Below, piece by piece: positions 42,694-52,252 of a DNA stretch of 64,000 nt. The translations under genes were made by a program, and so were the position numbers. Position 1 is the stretch's first letter; each line of letters starts with the position of its first letter. This stretch comes from Promethearchaeota archaeon (GTDB lineage Archaea; Asgardarchaeota; Lokiarchaeia; Sigyniarchaeales; SOKP01), in the NCBI GenBank assembly GCA_016840085.1, contig JAEOTA010000058.1:1-64000 (forward strand). The letters are read 5' to 3'. A model generated the notes under the pieces. It had not been told where the DNA came from. It did no database searches and saw only the letters and a list, made by a program, of their open reading frames with translations.

Positions 42694-42727
42694 AAAATTG
42701 ACAATTATGTATTTAACACTTTTGTAT
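42694..42727 (-). promoter_or_regulatory. Conserved 34-bp promoter/operator, copy 1
   Basis: Minus strand ATACAAAAGTGTTAAATACATAATTGTCAATTTT (BRE/TATA-like plus palindrome AATTG-N-CAATT), identical at three loci. Confidence 0.75.
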
Positions 42728-42996
42728 ATAATTTATTGCAATTTTCGCAATATCGGAAAACTACATTCAGAAGAGAATTAGAATTCTATTAAATATTCAG
42801 TTCGAAATAATTGGACAATTTTAAAAAATCTTAAAAATAAGAAAAGTATTATTTTTTTAATTATATAACTTCACTTGTTTAATTAACTAATTTTTAAGAA
42901 TTTACTTAGACAATAGTTGAATACCAATTTATTTTAATCTAATGAATAGACTGATTTAAAAAATAAATAAAAAGGAAAAATTTAGGAATTATAATT

Positions 42997-45816
42997 TCAA
43001 TCTTTTTTTATTTTTTTGCTTAAAAGGATTGATACAATGGATAGAGTACCAAGTAGAAGGAAAAGGTTATATCCTGGAATTCCACTAGGTTTTGACTTTG
43101 GCTCAGGTTCTGGTTCAGGCTCTGGCTCAGGTTCTGGTTCAGGCTCTGGCTCAGGTTCTGGTTCAGGCTGTGGATCTGGACCATCATCCCAAATTGGAAA
43201 ACTATCCTGACTTCCTGCCTTACCATCAATATAATATGGAGTATCTCCTATACCGTCATCATCAGCATCAACACCTGAATAATCCGACCAAAAATTCCCT
43301 ATCTTTCCATTATCCCAATGATTATCCGAACCATCATCATACGCATTGAGTGTATTATTAAAATAATTAAGATATATATTATTTTGAGTACAACTATCTG
43401 TTAAATATATCCCATTTAGGTTATTACTTACGTTATTACTTGAAATGGTGTTATAATGACTCCACTTTAAATATATCCCATATTCGTTATTATTTACAGT
43501 ATTTCCCGAAATGACGTTAGTATTACTTCCCTCTAAATATATCCCATAATAAGTGTTAATATTAACAGTGTTTCCCGAAATGTCGTTATTATTATTATCT
43601 TGCAATAAATATATCCCATTCCCATTGTAATTTGCGGTATTTCCTGAAATTCTGTTACTATCACTCCATTTTAAATATATTCCATAACCATTGTAGTTTG
43701 CGATGTTTCCTGAAATGGTGTTACCATCACTCTCCTGCAAATATATAGCAGATATGCTGTTAATATTTACAGTATTTCCCGAAATGTCGTTATAATAACC
43801 ATTATCTAAATATATCCCATTCCCATTGTAATTTGCGATATTTCCCAAAATGTCGTTATAATCACTATTATCTAAATATATCCCATTCCCATTGTAATTT
43901 GCAGTGTTTCCCGAAATGTTGTTAGTATTACTATAATATAAATATATCCCTGAGTTTGTATTATTATTTGCGGTGTTTCCCGAAATGTCGTTAATAAGAC
44001 TATTATCTAAATATATCCCTGAGTCTGTATTATTATTCACGGTGTTTCCTGAAATGTCGTTATAATCACTATTATTTAAATATATCCCATATTCGTTATT
44101 ATTTACAATATTTCCCGAAATGTCGTTAGTATTACTATCTTCTAAATTTATCCCATATTCGTTGTTATTTACAGTGTTTCCCGAAATGTTGTTAATAAAT
44201 CCCCCTAAACGTATCCCATAACCATTGTAATTTGCAATATTTCCCAAAATGTCGTTATGACCACCAGAATATAAATTTATCCCTAAGTCTGCATTATTAT
44301 TCACGGTGTTTTGTGAAATATTATTATAATTTCCATCTAAAAATATCCCGTTCCCGCTATTATTGTTTGCATTATTTCCCGCGATGATGTTATTATTTCC
44401 CCCTAAATCTAGCCCATTCCCGCTATTATTGTTTGCATTATTTCCCGCGATGATATCATTACTTCCCCCCTCTAAAAGTATTCCATTCCCGCTATTATTG
44501 TTTGCATTATTTCCCGAAATGTTGTTATTATTTCCATATAAATCTAGCCCATTCCCGCTATTATTGTTTGCAATATTTTCCGAGATGATGTTATTATCTC
44601 CCCCTAAATATAATCCATTTCCGCTATTATCGTTTGCATTATTTCCTGAAACGTTGTTATTATTTCCATATAAATATATGCCAGATATGCCATTACTATT
44701 AGCAGTGTTGTCCGAAATGTTGTTATTATTTCCCCCTAAATATATCCCTGAGTTTGTATTATTATTTGCGGTGTTTCCCGAGATGATGTTATTATCTCCC
44801 CCTAAATATATCCCGAAGACAGTATTATTGTTTGCGGTGTTTCCTGAAATGCTGTTATTATTTCCCCCTAAATATATCCCTGAATCTGTATTATTATTTG
44901 CGGTGTTTCCCGAAATGCTGTTATTATTTCCCCCTAAATTTATCCCGAAGAGAGAATTATTGTTTGCGGTGTTTCCCGAAATGTTGTTATTATTACACCC
45001 ACTTACTAAATACATCCCCATCCTGTTATTACTTACATTATTTCTTGAAATAGTATTATCATCACTCCCCATTAAATTTATTCCAAAATCGTCGTTATCA
45101 TTAGCAGTGTTTCTCGAAATGTTGTTAGAATTACACCCACTGTCTAAATATATCCCCGTCAAGCTATTACTTACGTTATTTCTTGAAATGGTATTATTAT
45201 CACTCCCCTCTAAATATATCCCACGTGTGTTGTAATTTATGGTGTTTCCCGAAATGTTGTTATTATTATTTCCCGATAACCATATCCCAATACCAGTGTT
45301 ATTATTAACAATGTTTCCCGAAATAGTGTTATTATAACAGTTGCTATCTAACCATATACCTCTGTCATTGCTGTTTGAGCAATTATTTTTGGTAAAAATT
45401 CCGTTAGTAGTGTTGTACAATCTTATTCCATTGACAGCATTATACACTGTGCAATTTCTGATTATAAAATACTCATTTTTGGAATTTTCTATACAAATTC
45501 CGCTTCCCCATTGCCCACCGATTTCGTCAATAGTCACATTTTCAATAATATAAACCCCATTATCAATATAACACCAATCATAGGTTGAAGCAGTATAAGA
45601 CCAATTTATAGCAGGATTACTATCATCAATATATATATATTGTCTAGTATAGCCATCCGTCATTTTAGGACTTTTGAAATTAGTATCATCTCGAAATTCT
45701 ATAGGGCCATCATTTTCACCTTGAACATTAAAGAGATTATAATTATAGATACTCAGAAATGCGAAAATTATCCCTAAAGTTATTATAATTATTGTTTTTT
45801 TTGCTTTAGATTTCAT
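42997..45816 (-). CDS. Right-handed beta-helix surface protein, 31 repeats, (PE)n stalk, Loki-CTERM-type anchor
   Basis: Same caps and anchor as 40045..42660; different repeat array. Confidence 0.9.
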   Translation of the reverse strand: MKSKAKKTIIIITLGIIFAFLSIYNYNLFNVQGENDGPIEFRDDTNFKSPKMTDGYTRQYIYIDDSNPAINWSYTASTYDWCYIDNGVYIIENVTIDEIGGQWGSGICIENSKNEYFIIRNCTVYNAVNGIRLYNTTNGIFTKNNCSNSNDRGIWLDSNCYNNTISGNIVNNNTGIGIWLSGNNNNNISGNTINYNTRGIYLEGSDNNTISRNNVSNSLTGIYLDSGCNSNNISRNTANDNDDFGINLMGSDDNTISRNNVSNNRMGMYLVSGCNNNNISGNTANNNSLFGINLGGNNNSISGNTANNNTDSGIYLGGNNNSISGNTANNNTVFGIYLGGDNNIISGNTANNNTNSGIYLGGNNNNISDNTANSNGISGIYLYGNNNNVSGNNANDNSGNGLYLGGDNNIISENIANNNSGNGLDLYGNNNNISGNNANNNSGNGILLEGGSNDIIAGNNANNNSGNGLDLGGNNNIIAGNNANNNSGNGIFLDGNYNNISQNTVNNNADLGINLYSGGHNDILGNIANYNGYGIRLGGFINNISGNTVNNNEYGINLEDSNTNDISGNIVNNNEYGIYLNNSDYNDISGNTVNNNTDSGIYLDNSLINDISGNTANNNTNSGIYLYYSNTNNISGNTANYNGNGIYLDNSDYNDILGNIANYNGNGIYLDNGYYNDISGNTVNINSISAIYLQESDGNTISGNIANYNGYGIYLKWSDSNRISGNTANYNGNGIYLLQDNNNNDISGNTVNINTYYGIYLEGSNTNVISGNTVNNNEYGIYLKWSHYNTISSNNVSNNLNGIYLTDSCTQNNIYLNYFNNTLNAYDDGSDNHWDNGKIGNFWSDYSGVDADDDGIGDTPYYIDGKAGSQDSFPIWDDGPDPQPEPEPEPEPEPEPEPEPEPEPEPKSKPSGIPGYNLFLLLGTLSIVSILLSKKIKKD
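43100..43169. repeat. 24-bp tandem repeat (about 3 copies) encoding the Pro-Glu stalk
   Basis: GGCTCAGGTTCTGGTTCAGGCTCT at 43100, 43124 and (partial) 43148. Confidence 0.9.
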
Positions 45817-45849
45817 ATTATTCTCATAAAAATTAATTGGATTAAGAAT

Positions 45850-45883
45850 AAAATTGACAATTATGTATTTAACACTTTTGTAT
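45850..45883 (-). promoter_or_regulatory. Conserved 34-bp promoter/operator, copy 2
   Basis: Identical to 42694-42727. Confidence 0.75.
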
Positions 45884-46144
45884 GCAAATCATCAGCAATT
45901 TTCCCAATATCGGGAAACTACATTCAGAAGAGAATTAGATTTCTATTAATAATTAAGTTCGAAGTACTTGGACAATTTTATAAAATCTTAAAAATTAAAA
46001 AAATATTATTTTTTCAATTATATAACTTCACTTGCTCAGTTACTTTCACGCAATAGAACTATTATAACTCCCGCTGCTCCTAATAAAAGAAAATATCAGA
46101 GTGTTTTAAATTGGATGAAAGCATATTTTTTTTTAATTTTCTTA

Positions 46145-46930
46145 TTATTCAGGAATAGTTGCAACTGCGCGAACCCACCCTGCGCTAGCTCGAGCAATTT
46201 TTATCGGGAAACAATAAATTGTAGCACCAACAGGTGGAACCTTTTCTAAATTTGTTAATTTTTCCATTTGAAAATAACCTAACTCAATTCCAGCGAAGTG
46301 ACCTTCCCAAATAATAGAAGGATCCTGGCTTTGCTCCCATTTCTGAGCAGTAATAGAAAAAGGAGCATCCCAAGACCATGAATCTGTTCCTACAATATGA
46401 ACTCCTTGTCTGATTATATGCAAAGTTGCCTTTTTACCTACTCCTATTCCATGATGTACAAACTCATTAGTTCCATAATAGTTGGAAGCATTAGTATGAA
46501 CACATAAGATATCCTTTTCTTTTAGACTATAATTAATCTCATTTAACTTTTTATCAATATCTTCTGGTAATAATACATATCCATCCTCATAATCAGTGCA
46601 ATCCAGAACAATAAGAGGAGCAATACACCACTCTAAGGGAATCTCATCGATTGTCATTGCTTTCCTTTGTCCAATTTCTTTATCTTGAATAGAGGCAAAG
46701 TGCCATGGGGAGTCCATATGAGTTCCATTATGAGTGCTTAGTGTAATCCTTTCTGTTGCCCAACCTGTACCAAGAGGTAAATGTTTTTCTGGTATTAGAT
46801 TAAATATAGCGCCCATTTGTTCAGCACCTTTCTTATGATCATTGTAGTCTATATGTAGCTCTGTTCTTTCTGGATCAAAAATTAATTCCTCAGGATTAAT
46901 TAATGGAATAGACAAATCAATAAATTTCAT
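46145..46930 (-). CDS. Cyclase family metal-dependent hydrolase (kynurenine formamidase-like)
   Basis: 'DLSIP', 'STHNGTHMDSPWH', 'VGTD', 'EKL.NL', 'P.KI..AS.GW.RAVA'. Confidence 0.92.
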   Translation of the reverse strand: MKFIDLSIPLINPEELIFDPERTELHIDYNDHKKGAEQMGAIFNLIPEKHLPLGTGWATERITLSTHNGTHMDSPWHFASIQDKEIGQRKAMTIDEIPLEWCIAPLIVLDCTDYEDGYVLLPEDIDKKLNEINYSLKEKDILCVHTNASNYYGTNEFVHHGIGVGKKATLHIIRQGVHIVGTDSWSWDAPFSITAQKWEQSQDPSIIWEGHFAGIELGYFQMEKLTNLEKVPPVGATIYCFPIKIARASAGWVRAVATIPE

Positions 46931-47015
46931 TTTTCACCACTTATGGTCAAATTGTATATAAATAAATAATAATTAAATTAGAGTTGAGAAATAAAAAGAG
47001 ATATACTTAATTAAT

Positions 47016-47876
47016 TCATAGGTTTAATAATTTAGCTGCATTTAGACCTAAAATTTTCTCAATCTCCTCATCGGTTAAAAAATCAACATCGTCAAAATAA
47101 TTCACAGCAATTTCTATCATTTCTGGTGTATTGCCATCTGAACCAAATAGGATTTTATTTACACCGATAACTTCATTTGCTTTAATTAATAATTCCTTTA
47201 AACGAGAAGGCATCATATACGCAAGATTGCTAATGTCTAAATGTATGTTCGGATATTGAGCTGCTAGTGCAATTGCGATATCAGTGAAAGGATACCCCAT
47301 ATGAGTGATTATAATATTAGCCTTCGGAAATGAACTAGCATACTCATCAATAACAATTGGATTTGAGTATGTTAATACGTTTTTTCTTGTTCCTGGTGGT
47401 GGATATCCGCAATGCATTACAATAGGGATTTTATATTTTTGAGCAGCTTCTAATACCGGAAAAATTAACTGATCGTTTAGTCTTTTTTTACGGAATGTAA
47501 GCATTATTTTAAATCCTTTATAATTCTCCTCTACAATTGCCTTTTCTATTTCTTCTTTAACATTTACATCAGCATCGGATTTTTCGGGAGGATTATAGAA
47601 AGGTATGAAAATATCAGGGGCAAACTCAACCCATTTTTTTACTTCTTGATTTTCTTTCATATTTACCGGTAATAATACCACCTTGTCAATGTTAGCACTA
47701 TTCAAATGAAAAATAGTCTTTTCCATAATATTCTTTGTTTCAATGGATTGTATTTCACTAAATTTTTTTACCATTCTTTCATAAAATCCATATCCCTTAA
47801 AGATCATTGGACCAACTTCAACCATTCTCCTTGTATCAATCGGTTGAAAAAGATGACAATGAAAATCAATTCTCAA
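47016..47876 (-). CDS. Amidohydrolase family protein (Amidohydro_2)
   Basis: 'IDFHCH', 'MHCG', 'THMG', 'DIS', 'LFGSD', 'ILG.NA.KL'. Confidence 0.9.
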   Translation of the reverse strand: MRIDFHCHLFQPIDTRRMVEVGPMIFKGYGFYERMVKKFSEIQSIETKNIMEKTIFHLNSANIDKVVLLPVNMKENQEVKKWVEFAPDIFIPFYNPPEKSDADVNVKEEIEKAIVEENYKGFKIMLTFRKKRLNDQLIFPVLEAAQKYKIPIVMHCGYPPPGTRKNVLTYSNPIVIDEYASSFPKANIIITHMGYPFTDIAIALAAQYPNIHLDISNLAYMMPSRLKELLIKANEVIGVNKILFGSDGNTPEMIEIAVNYFDDVDFLTDEEIEKILGLNAAKLLNL

Positions 47877-47928
47877 ATTTTCTCACTTATTTAACAAACT
47901 TAATTATGATAAATCTTATGTCTAGTTT

Positions 47929-48050
47929 AATTAGAATCTTATGAAATACGGATTTTTTAAGAAACAAGGTTTTTTAATTTAAAAATTTCTTTAGAAAAAT
48001 TTCATCTCTTATTCATAAAATAAATTAGGATCTGTTTCCAGATTCTAATT
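47929..48050. mobile_element. Possible MITE-like relic (122 bp, 11-bp terminal inverted repeats)
   Basis: AATTAGAATCT (47929-47939) ... AGATTCTAATT (48040-48050); related sequence at about 53414-53510. Confidence 0.35.
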
Positions 48051-48152
48051 GATTAAACGGTATAGTAGCTAAGTATATTAAAATATACAATAATATTAAA
48101 TAGTTAATCATGATCTTTTACATAATAATCTAAACTATTTTGGCGAAAAAAA

Positions 48153-49127
48153 ATGAAATTAAATACAAAAATAATGATATTCATTTTATTAGCTTTAGGA
48201 ATCGTTTTTGTATTATCACCAATAATTAGCAACAATCTCAATTATGATGCAAGAAATAATGATAAAAGTTCGGAATATAGCAAAGATATTAATTCAGTTA
48301 ATAAAATATTGAAATTCTCAAAAATATCTGGAAAAATTCATATTGATGGCGATTGGTCTGCTGCTAAGGCTGGGGGTATATGTTCAGGTTCAGGCACTTC
48401 CTCCGATCCTTATATCCTAAAAGATTTCATAATAGATGCAGATGGTCCGGGAAGTTGCATACTAATTGAAAATTCTGATGTGTATTTTAAGATTGAAAAT
48501 TGTACCCTCTTCAACAGTGGAACTTCTTATATCTTAGATGGAGGAATTACATTAAATAATGTAACAAATGGAGTAGTAATTAATAACACTTGTTATTCTA
48601 ATTTCAGGGGAATTAATGTAAGAAAAAGTTATAATAACATTATTTCGGGAAATATCGCAAATAATAACATTGAGGATGGGATATATTTATGGTATAGTAA
48701 TATTAACACCGTTTCAGGAAACACGGCAAATAACAACGGTGATAGTGGAATAATGTTGCACGATAATAGTAATAATAATATAATTTCGGGAAATACCGCA
48801 AATAACAATTATGAAAATGGAATATACTTATGGATCTGTAATAACAACACCATTTCAGGAAATACCGCAAATAATAATACCGAAGCTGGAATAAATTTAA
48901 GAAGTAGTGATAATAACAAAATTTCAGAAAATATCTTAATGGGAAATGATAAGTGCATCCTAGAAGAATATTCCCAAGGAAACAAATTTAAAGATAATAA
49001 GTCCTGCAATTATGGAGAAGGTGATGAAATAATTCCAGGATATAATCTATTCTTTCTACTTGGTATTCTATCCTTTGTAGCAATCCTTATAAGTAGAAAA
49101 ATAAAGAAATCTTCAAATTTAAATTAA
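48153..49127 (+). CDS. Beta-helix (NosD-like) surface protein, 6 repeats, Loki-CTERM-type anchor
   Basis: 'IHIDG.W...GSGT.SDPYI', ISGNTANNN repeats, 'IPGYNLFFLLG...RKIKK'. Confidence 0.88.
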   Translation: MKLNTKIMIFILLALGIVFVLSPIISNNLNYDARNNDKSSEYSKDINSVNKILKFSKISGKIHIDGDWSAAKAGGICSGSGTSSDPYILKDFIIDADGPGSCILIENSDVYFKIENCTLFNSGTSYILDGGITLNNVTNGVVINNTCYSNFRGINVRKSYNNIISGNIANNNIEDGIYLWYSNINTVSGNTANNNGDSGIMLHDNSNNNIISGNTANNNYENGIYLWICNNNTISGNTANNNTEAGINLRSSDNNKISENILMGNDKCILEEYSQGNKFKDNKSCNYGEGDEIIPGYNLFFLLGILSFVAILISRKIKKSSNLN

Positions 49128-49154
49128 ATTCTATTTTTTTTCTTTAGTTTTTTA

Positions 49155-49445
49155 TCAACTTTCATTTTCCTTAGGGTTAAATAGTAAAATTTTATACTTC
49201 CATAATAGCCCTATTTCTCTTTCTTTAGAAGTAAGTTCAAATTCAATACGATTAGTGGAAAAAGTAGGCATCACTACAGTTCCCTCATTCCCTACAACTT
49301 CGAGTAAAGCATTTATAACTGTTTTCGCGCCTCCTTTGACCTTACCAAAACTCTGTAAAGAACTATGCACTCCAAGATGAAATCCCGTGTTTATCCCAAG
49401 ATTTCTTAATCCTTTCTTAATATCTTCTTTAATTACTATATTCAT
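49155..49445 (-). pseudogene. Aminoglycoside 3-N-acetyltransferase (AAC(3)/YokD) family, N-terminal fragment
   Basis: 'VHSSLQSFG.V.GGA.TVI.ALLEVVG.EGTVVMPTFS' is the family N-terminus; only 96 aa, ending in TGA TAA. Confidence 0.8.
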
Positions 49446-49886
49446 GTGATAATTTCTAGTTTAGATAATCTGAACTTAATTAGATATCAATCTATTTTAA
49501 TATTTGGAATATTATATGTGATAACTCCTTCAAATAGCCTCATTCTTATATAATTAAGTGAAGGAAGGAATAGAAAAAAAGCTAACTTCTCTTCGACATT
49601 CATCTAAATAATCCCCAAACCAAGAATGATTATTGAAAACTAATTTTCAATTAGATGGATAAATAAAGAATTAGAATTATAATAATTTTCTTACACTGCA
49701 AAATTTATTTATGTTTACAGCTCTTATTTTTAATTCATTTTTCACTTTTTTTGGTTAATAATAGTATTTTTATTAAAAAGAAATTTAAAGATATTAATGA
49801 CTATTTTTAGTATATTATCTATTCTTATTGAATTTTAAAAGTGTAATAATACAAAATCTACCAAATATTTAAAAAGAGGAATTATA

Positions 49887-51365
49887 ATGAGGACAAAAGA
49901 AGAATTTATGAAAGATTTAGGTAAAATGAAGAATAATATCTACTTTAATGGTGAAAGGATTAATCGTTTAGATGAACGGCAATTACCATGTATTGATACA
50001 ATTGGTACAACATTTGACGTAGTTGAGGACCCAGAATATGGTGATTTAATCCTAGCAAAATCTCATCTTACAGGTGAAATAATTAATCGTTTTACTCATA
50101 TTCATCAAAATACAGATGATCTTCATAAAAAGCAAGATATGACCAGAAAAATCTGCCAGAAAGTTGGTGGATGTGTTCAACGCTGTATGGGATGTGATGC
50201 AGCTAATGCCGTTTATAACGTGAGTTATGAAGCAGATAAATCAAATAATGGTGAAACTAACTATCACGAAAATTTTAAAAAATGGTTAGAAAGATTTCAG
50301 AAGGAAGATTTAATTGCAGCTTGTGCTCAAACTGATGTTAAGGGTAATAGAATAAAACGACCTGCGGATCAGGAAGATCCAGATATGTATGTTCATGTTG
50401 TAGAAAAAAGAAAAGATGGTATTATAGTTCGAGGTTGTAAGCTTCATATTTCAGAAGCCTCTGTATCTGATGAAATTATAGTTGTCCCTACTAGAGCATT
50501 AAGACCAGAAGATAAAGATTATGCAGTTGCATTTGCATTGACTGGGGATTATGAAGGAGTTAAACAAGTAATTACAATACATAATTTACGTGAAAGAGAA
50601 TATTTTAAACGTGGGTTCATGCCTGGAGCTACAGATTCATATATTATTTTTGATGACGTGTTTGTTCCATGGGAAAGGGTTTTTCTTTGTGGTGAATATC
50701 AACATGCTGGTACTCTTGCCTTATTATTTGCTTTATTTCATCGCCACAGTTATTCAGGTTGTAAACCTGCTATTGGAGATTTAGTAGTTGGAACTGCTGC
50801 TCTAGCAGCAGAATATAACAATATCCATAGAGCTTCTCATGTAAGAAGTAAATTAGCTGAATTAATCCTGGTTACAGAACTTGGGTATGCCGCAGGATAT
50901 ACTGCTTCAGATTTAGGTAAACCAGAGGTATATATGCCTGGTGTAGGTTTTATTCCTTATGGCCCTGGCAGTTATATTCCAAATTCGATCTATTGTAATG
51001 TCGGAAGATGTTTATCAGGAGAAAATGTATTTCATGAAGCTGAGATCATAACTGATCTTTGCGGTGGTATTCCAGCAACTTTCCCTCATGAAAGAGATTT
51101 TGTTAATCCGGAACTAAAGGACCAACTTTATAAATACATCACTAGAAACCCAATGATTTCTCCAGAAAATGCTGCGCAATTCTGGCGATATGTTGGTGAT
51201 ATATATTGTTCTGCTACAGGTGGAGTTCATCTCTTTGGAAGTTATCATGGTGGCGGTTCCCCAGTAATGGAAAGTATAGCAATTACAACTCAATATGATA
51301 TTGAATCCAGAAAAGATATGGTCAAGAAAATTGCAGGAATTAATGATGAGTTAAATAAAACTTAA
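49887..51365 (+). CDS. 4-hydroxybutyryl-CoA dehydratase (AbfD)/HpaB superfamily flavoprotein with Fe-S ligands
   Basis: 'CVQRCMG' and 'HRHSYSGCK' supply the 3 Cys + His [4Fe-4S] ligands of 4-HBD; 'TDVKG.R', 'HGGGSP'. Confidence 0.88.
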   Translation: MRTKEEFMKDLGKMKNNIYFNGERINRLDERQLPCIDTIGTTFDVVEDPEYGDLILAKSHLTGEIINRFTHIHQNTDDLHKKQDMTRKICQKVGGCVQRCMGCDAANAVYNVSYEADKSNNGETNYHENFKKWLERFQKEDLIAACAQTDVKGNRIKRPADQEDPDMYVHVVEKRKDGIIVRGCKLHISEASVSDEIIVVPTRALRPEDKDYAVAFALTGDYEGVKQVITIHNLREREYFKRGFMPGATDSYIIFDDVFVPWERVFLCGEYQHAGTLALLFALFHRHSYSGCKPAIGDLVVGTAALAAEYNNIHRASHVRSKLAELILVTELGYAAGYTASDLGKPEVYMPGVGFIPYGPGSYIPNSIYCNVGRCLSGENVFHEAEIITDLCGGIPATFPHERDFVNPELKDQLYKYITRNPMISPENAAQFWRYVGDIYCSATGGVHLFGSYHGGGSPVMESIAITTQYDIESRKDMVKKIAGINDELNKT

Positions 51366-51490
51366 AACTAAATCAATTGGAAAGTTAATTTTTTTTTTTT
51401 AATTTAATTTTAATTTTTTTAAATGTATAAATTTTTCATCGATTTAAATAAAATTATATAATTTTTTAAAAAAAATAAAATAAAGGTTAA

Positions 51491-52252
51491 TTAAACGTCT
51501 CGAGTTTTAAATCTCAGGTAAGAAAGTATAAGACAAGGGATAAGATACGAAAGTGCTATGTAGATTGCTAATAATAAATCTATGTTCATCTCAGACATTG
51601 CTGCCTCTCCTATAAAAATAGCTTGTCCGACTATTTCTAGATAAATGAAGGTTGGATTTGGAACACTTGGATCAATAAATAGTAAAATTGCAAACAATAT
51701 GGCCGAACTTGTGAATATAATAAATCCTATTATCATAGCTTGACTGCCTGATCTAAATATAGCACTAAATAGAAGATAAAGAGAGGTACACGATATACCA
51801 ATTAAGCAATAATATCCAAACCATAAAATTAATTCAACAGGTATGGTATTGTACTCTATTAAACAAATAATAGATGTTACTATGAATGCAGGAGCGATCC
51901 AGACTAAGACACTAGTAAAAGCAGCAAAAGTTTTTCCAATAAAAAAATTATTGCGTCCAGTTTTCGTAAAATTAGTTAATGCTGTCTTTCTATCAAATTC
52001 ATTCGCTATAATTCCGCCAGCAAAAAATAGAGTTAAAAGGTAGGAAAATGTACCTATTTGACTAAGAGTACTTCCACAAAAAAGCTTTGCATTAGGCATT
52101 GATAAGGACATTAGAGATGTCAAAATGACAGCTACTACCGATAATAAAGCAACTAAAATATATCTCTTTCTCTGGAGAAAAATTTCGAACCTGTAGACAT
52201 TGAAGATTTGCTTTAAATTAAAATTTTCTTCTATAATTAAATTGGAGTTCAC
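51491..52252 (-). CDS. ABC-2 type permease
   Basis: 6 TM, 'IANEFDRKT', 'FFIGK', C-term 'FKTRDV'. Confidence 0.88.
   Translation of the reverse strand: MNSNLIIEENFNLKQIFNVYRFEIFLQRKRYILVALLSVVAVILTSLMSLSMPNAKLFCGSTLSQIGTFSYLLTLFFAGGIIANEFDRKTALTNFTKTGRNNFFIGKTFAAFTSVLVWIAPAFIVTSIICLIEYNTIPVELILWFGYYCLIGISCTSLYLLFSAIFRSGSQAMIIGFIIFTSSAILFAILLFIDPSVPNPTFIYLEIVGQAIFIGEAAMSEMNIDLLLAIYIALSYLIPCLILSYLRFKTRDV

Larger units (their letters stand above)
39942..42877 (-). repeat. Tandem duplication unit 1 (gene plus flanks)
   Basis: About 100 bp downstream and about 200 bp upstream flanks are highly similar to those of unit 2. Confidence 0.85.
42894..46034 (-). repeat. Tandem duplication unit 2
   Basis: Flanks match unit 1 (e.g. 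TAGACAATAGTTGAATA...; ...TTATATAACTTCACTTG). Confidence 0.85.

Noticed and set aside
41018-45553. Long repetitive plus-strand ORFs (e.g. 44363..45235, 41018..41266, 43016..43210)
   Set aside because: Antisense shadows of Asn-rich beta-helix repeats and the PE stalk.
40045-45816. CRISPR array or diversity-generating retroelement
   Set aside because: The repeats are in-frame coding coils, with no constant repeat plus unique spacers, no cas or reverse transcriptase gene, and no adenine-specific TR/VR pair seen.
46035-46095. Minus-strand fragment YFLLLGAAGVIIVLLRESN*, resembling an orphan C-terminal anchor
   Set aside because: Too short and preceded by a stop; could be a relic but cannot be distinguished from chance.
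49155-49160. UGA read-through as selenocysteine in the AAC(3) fragment
   Set aside because: TGA is followed immediately by TAA and no homologous continuation exists. Other TGA-ending genes I checked look complete.
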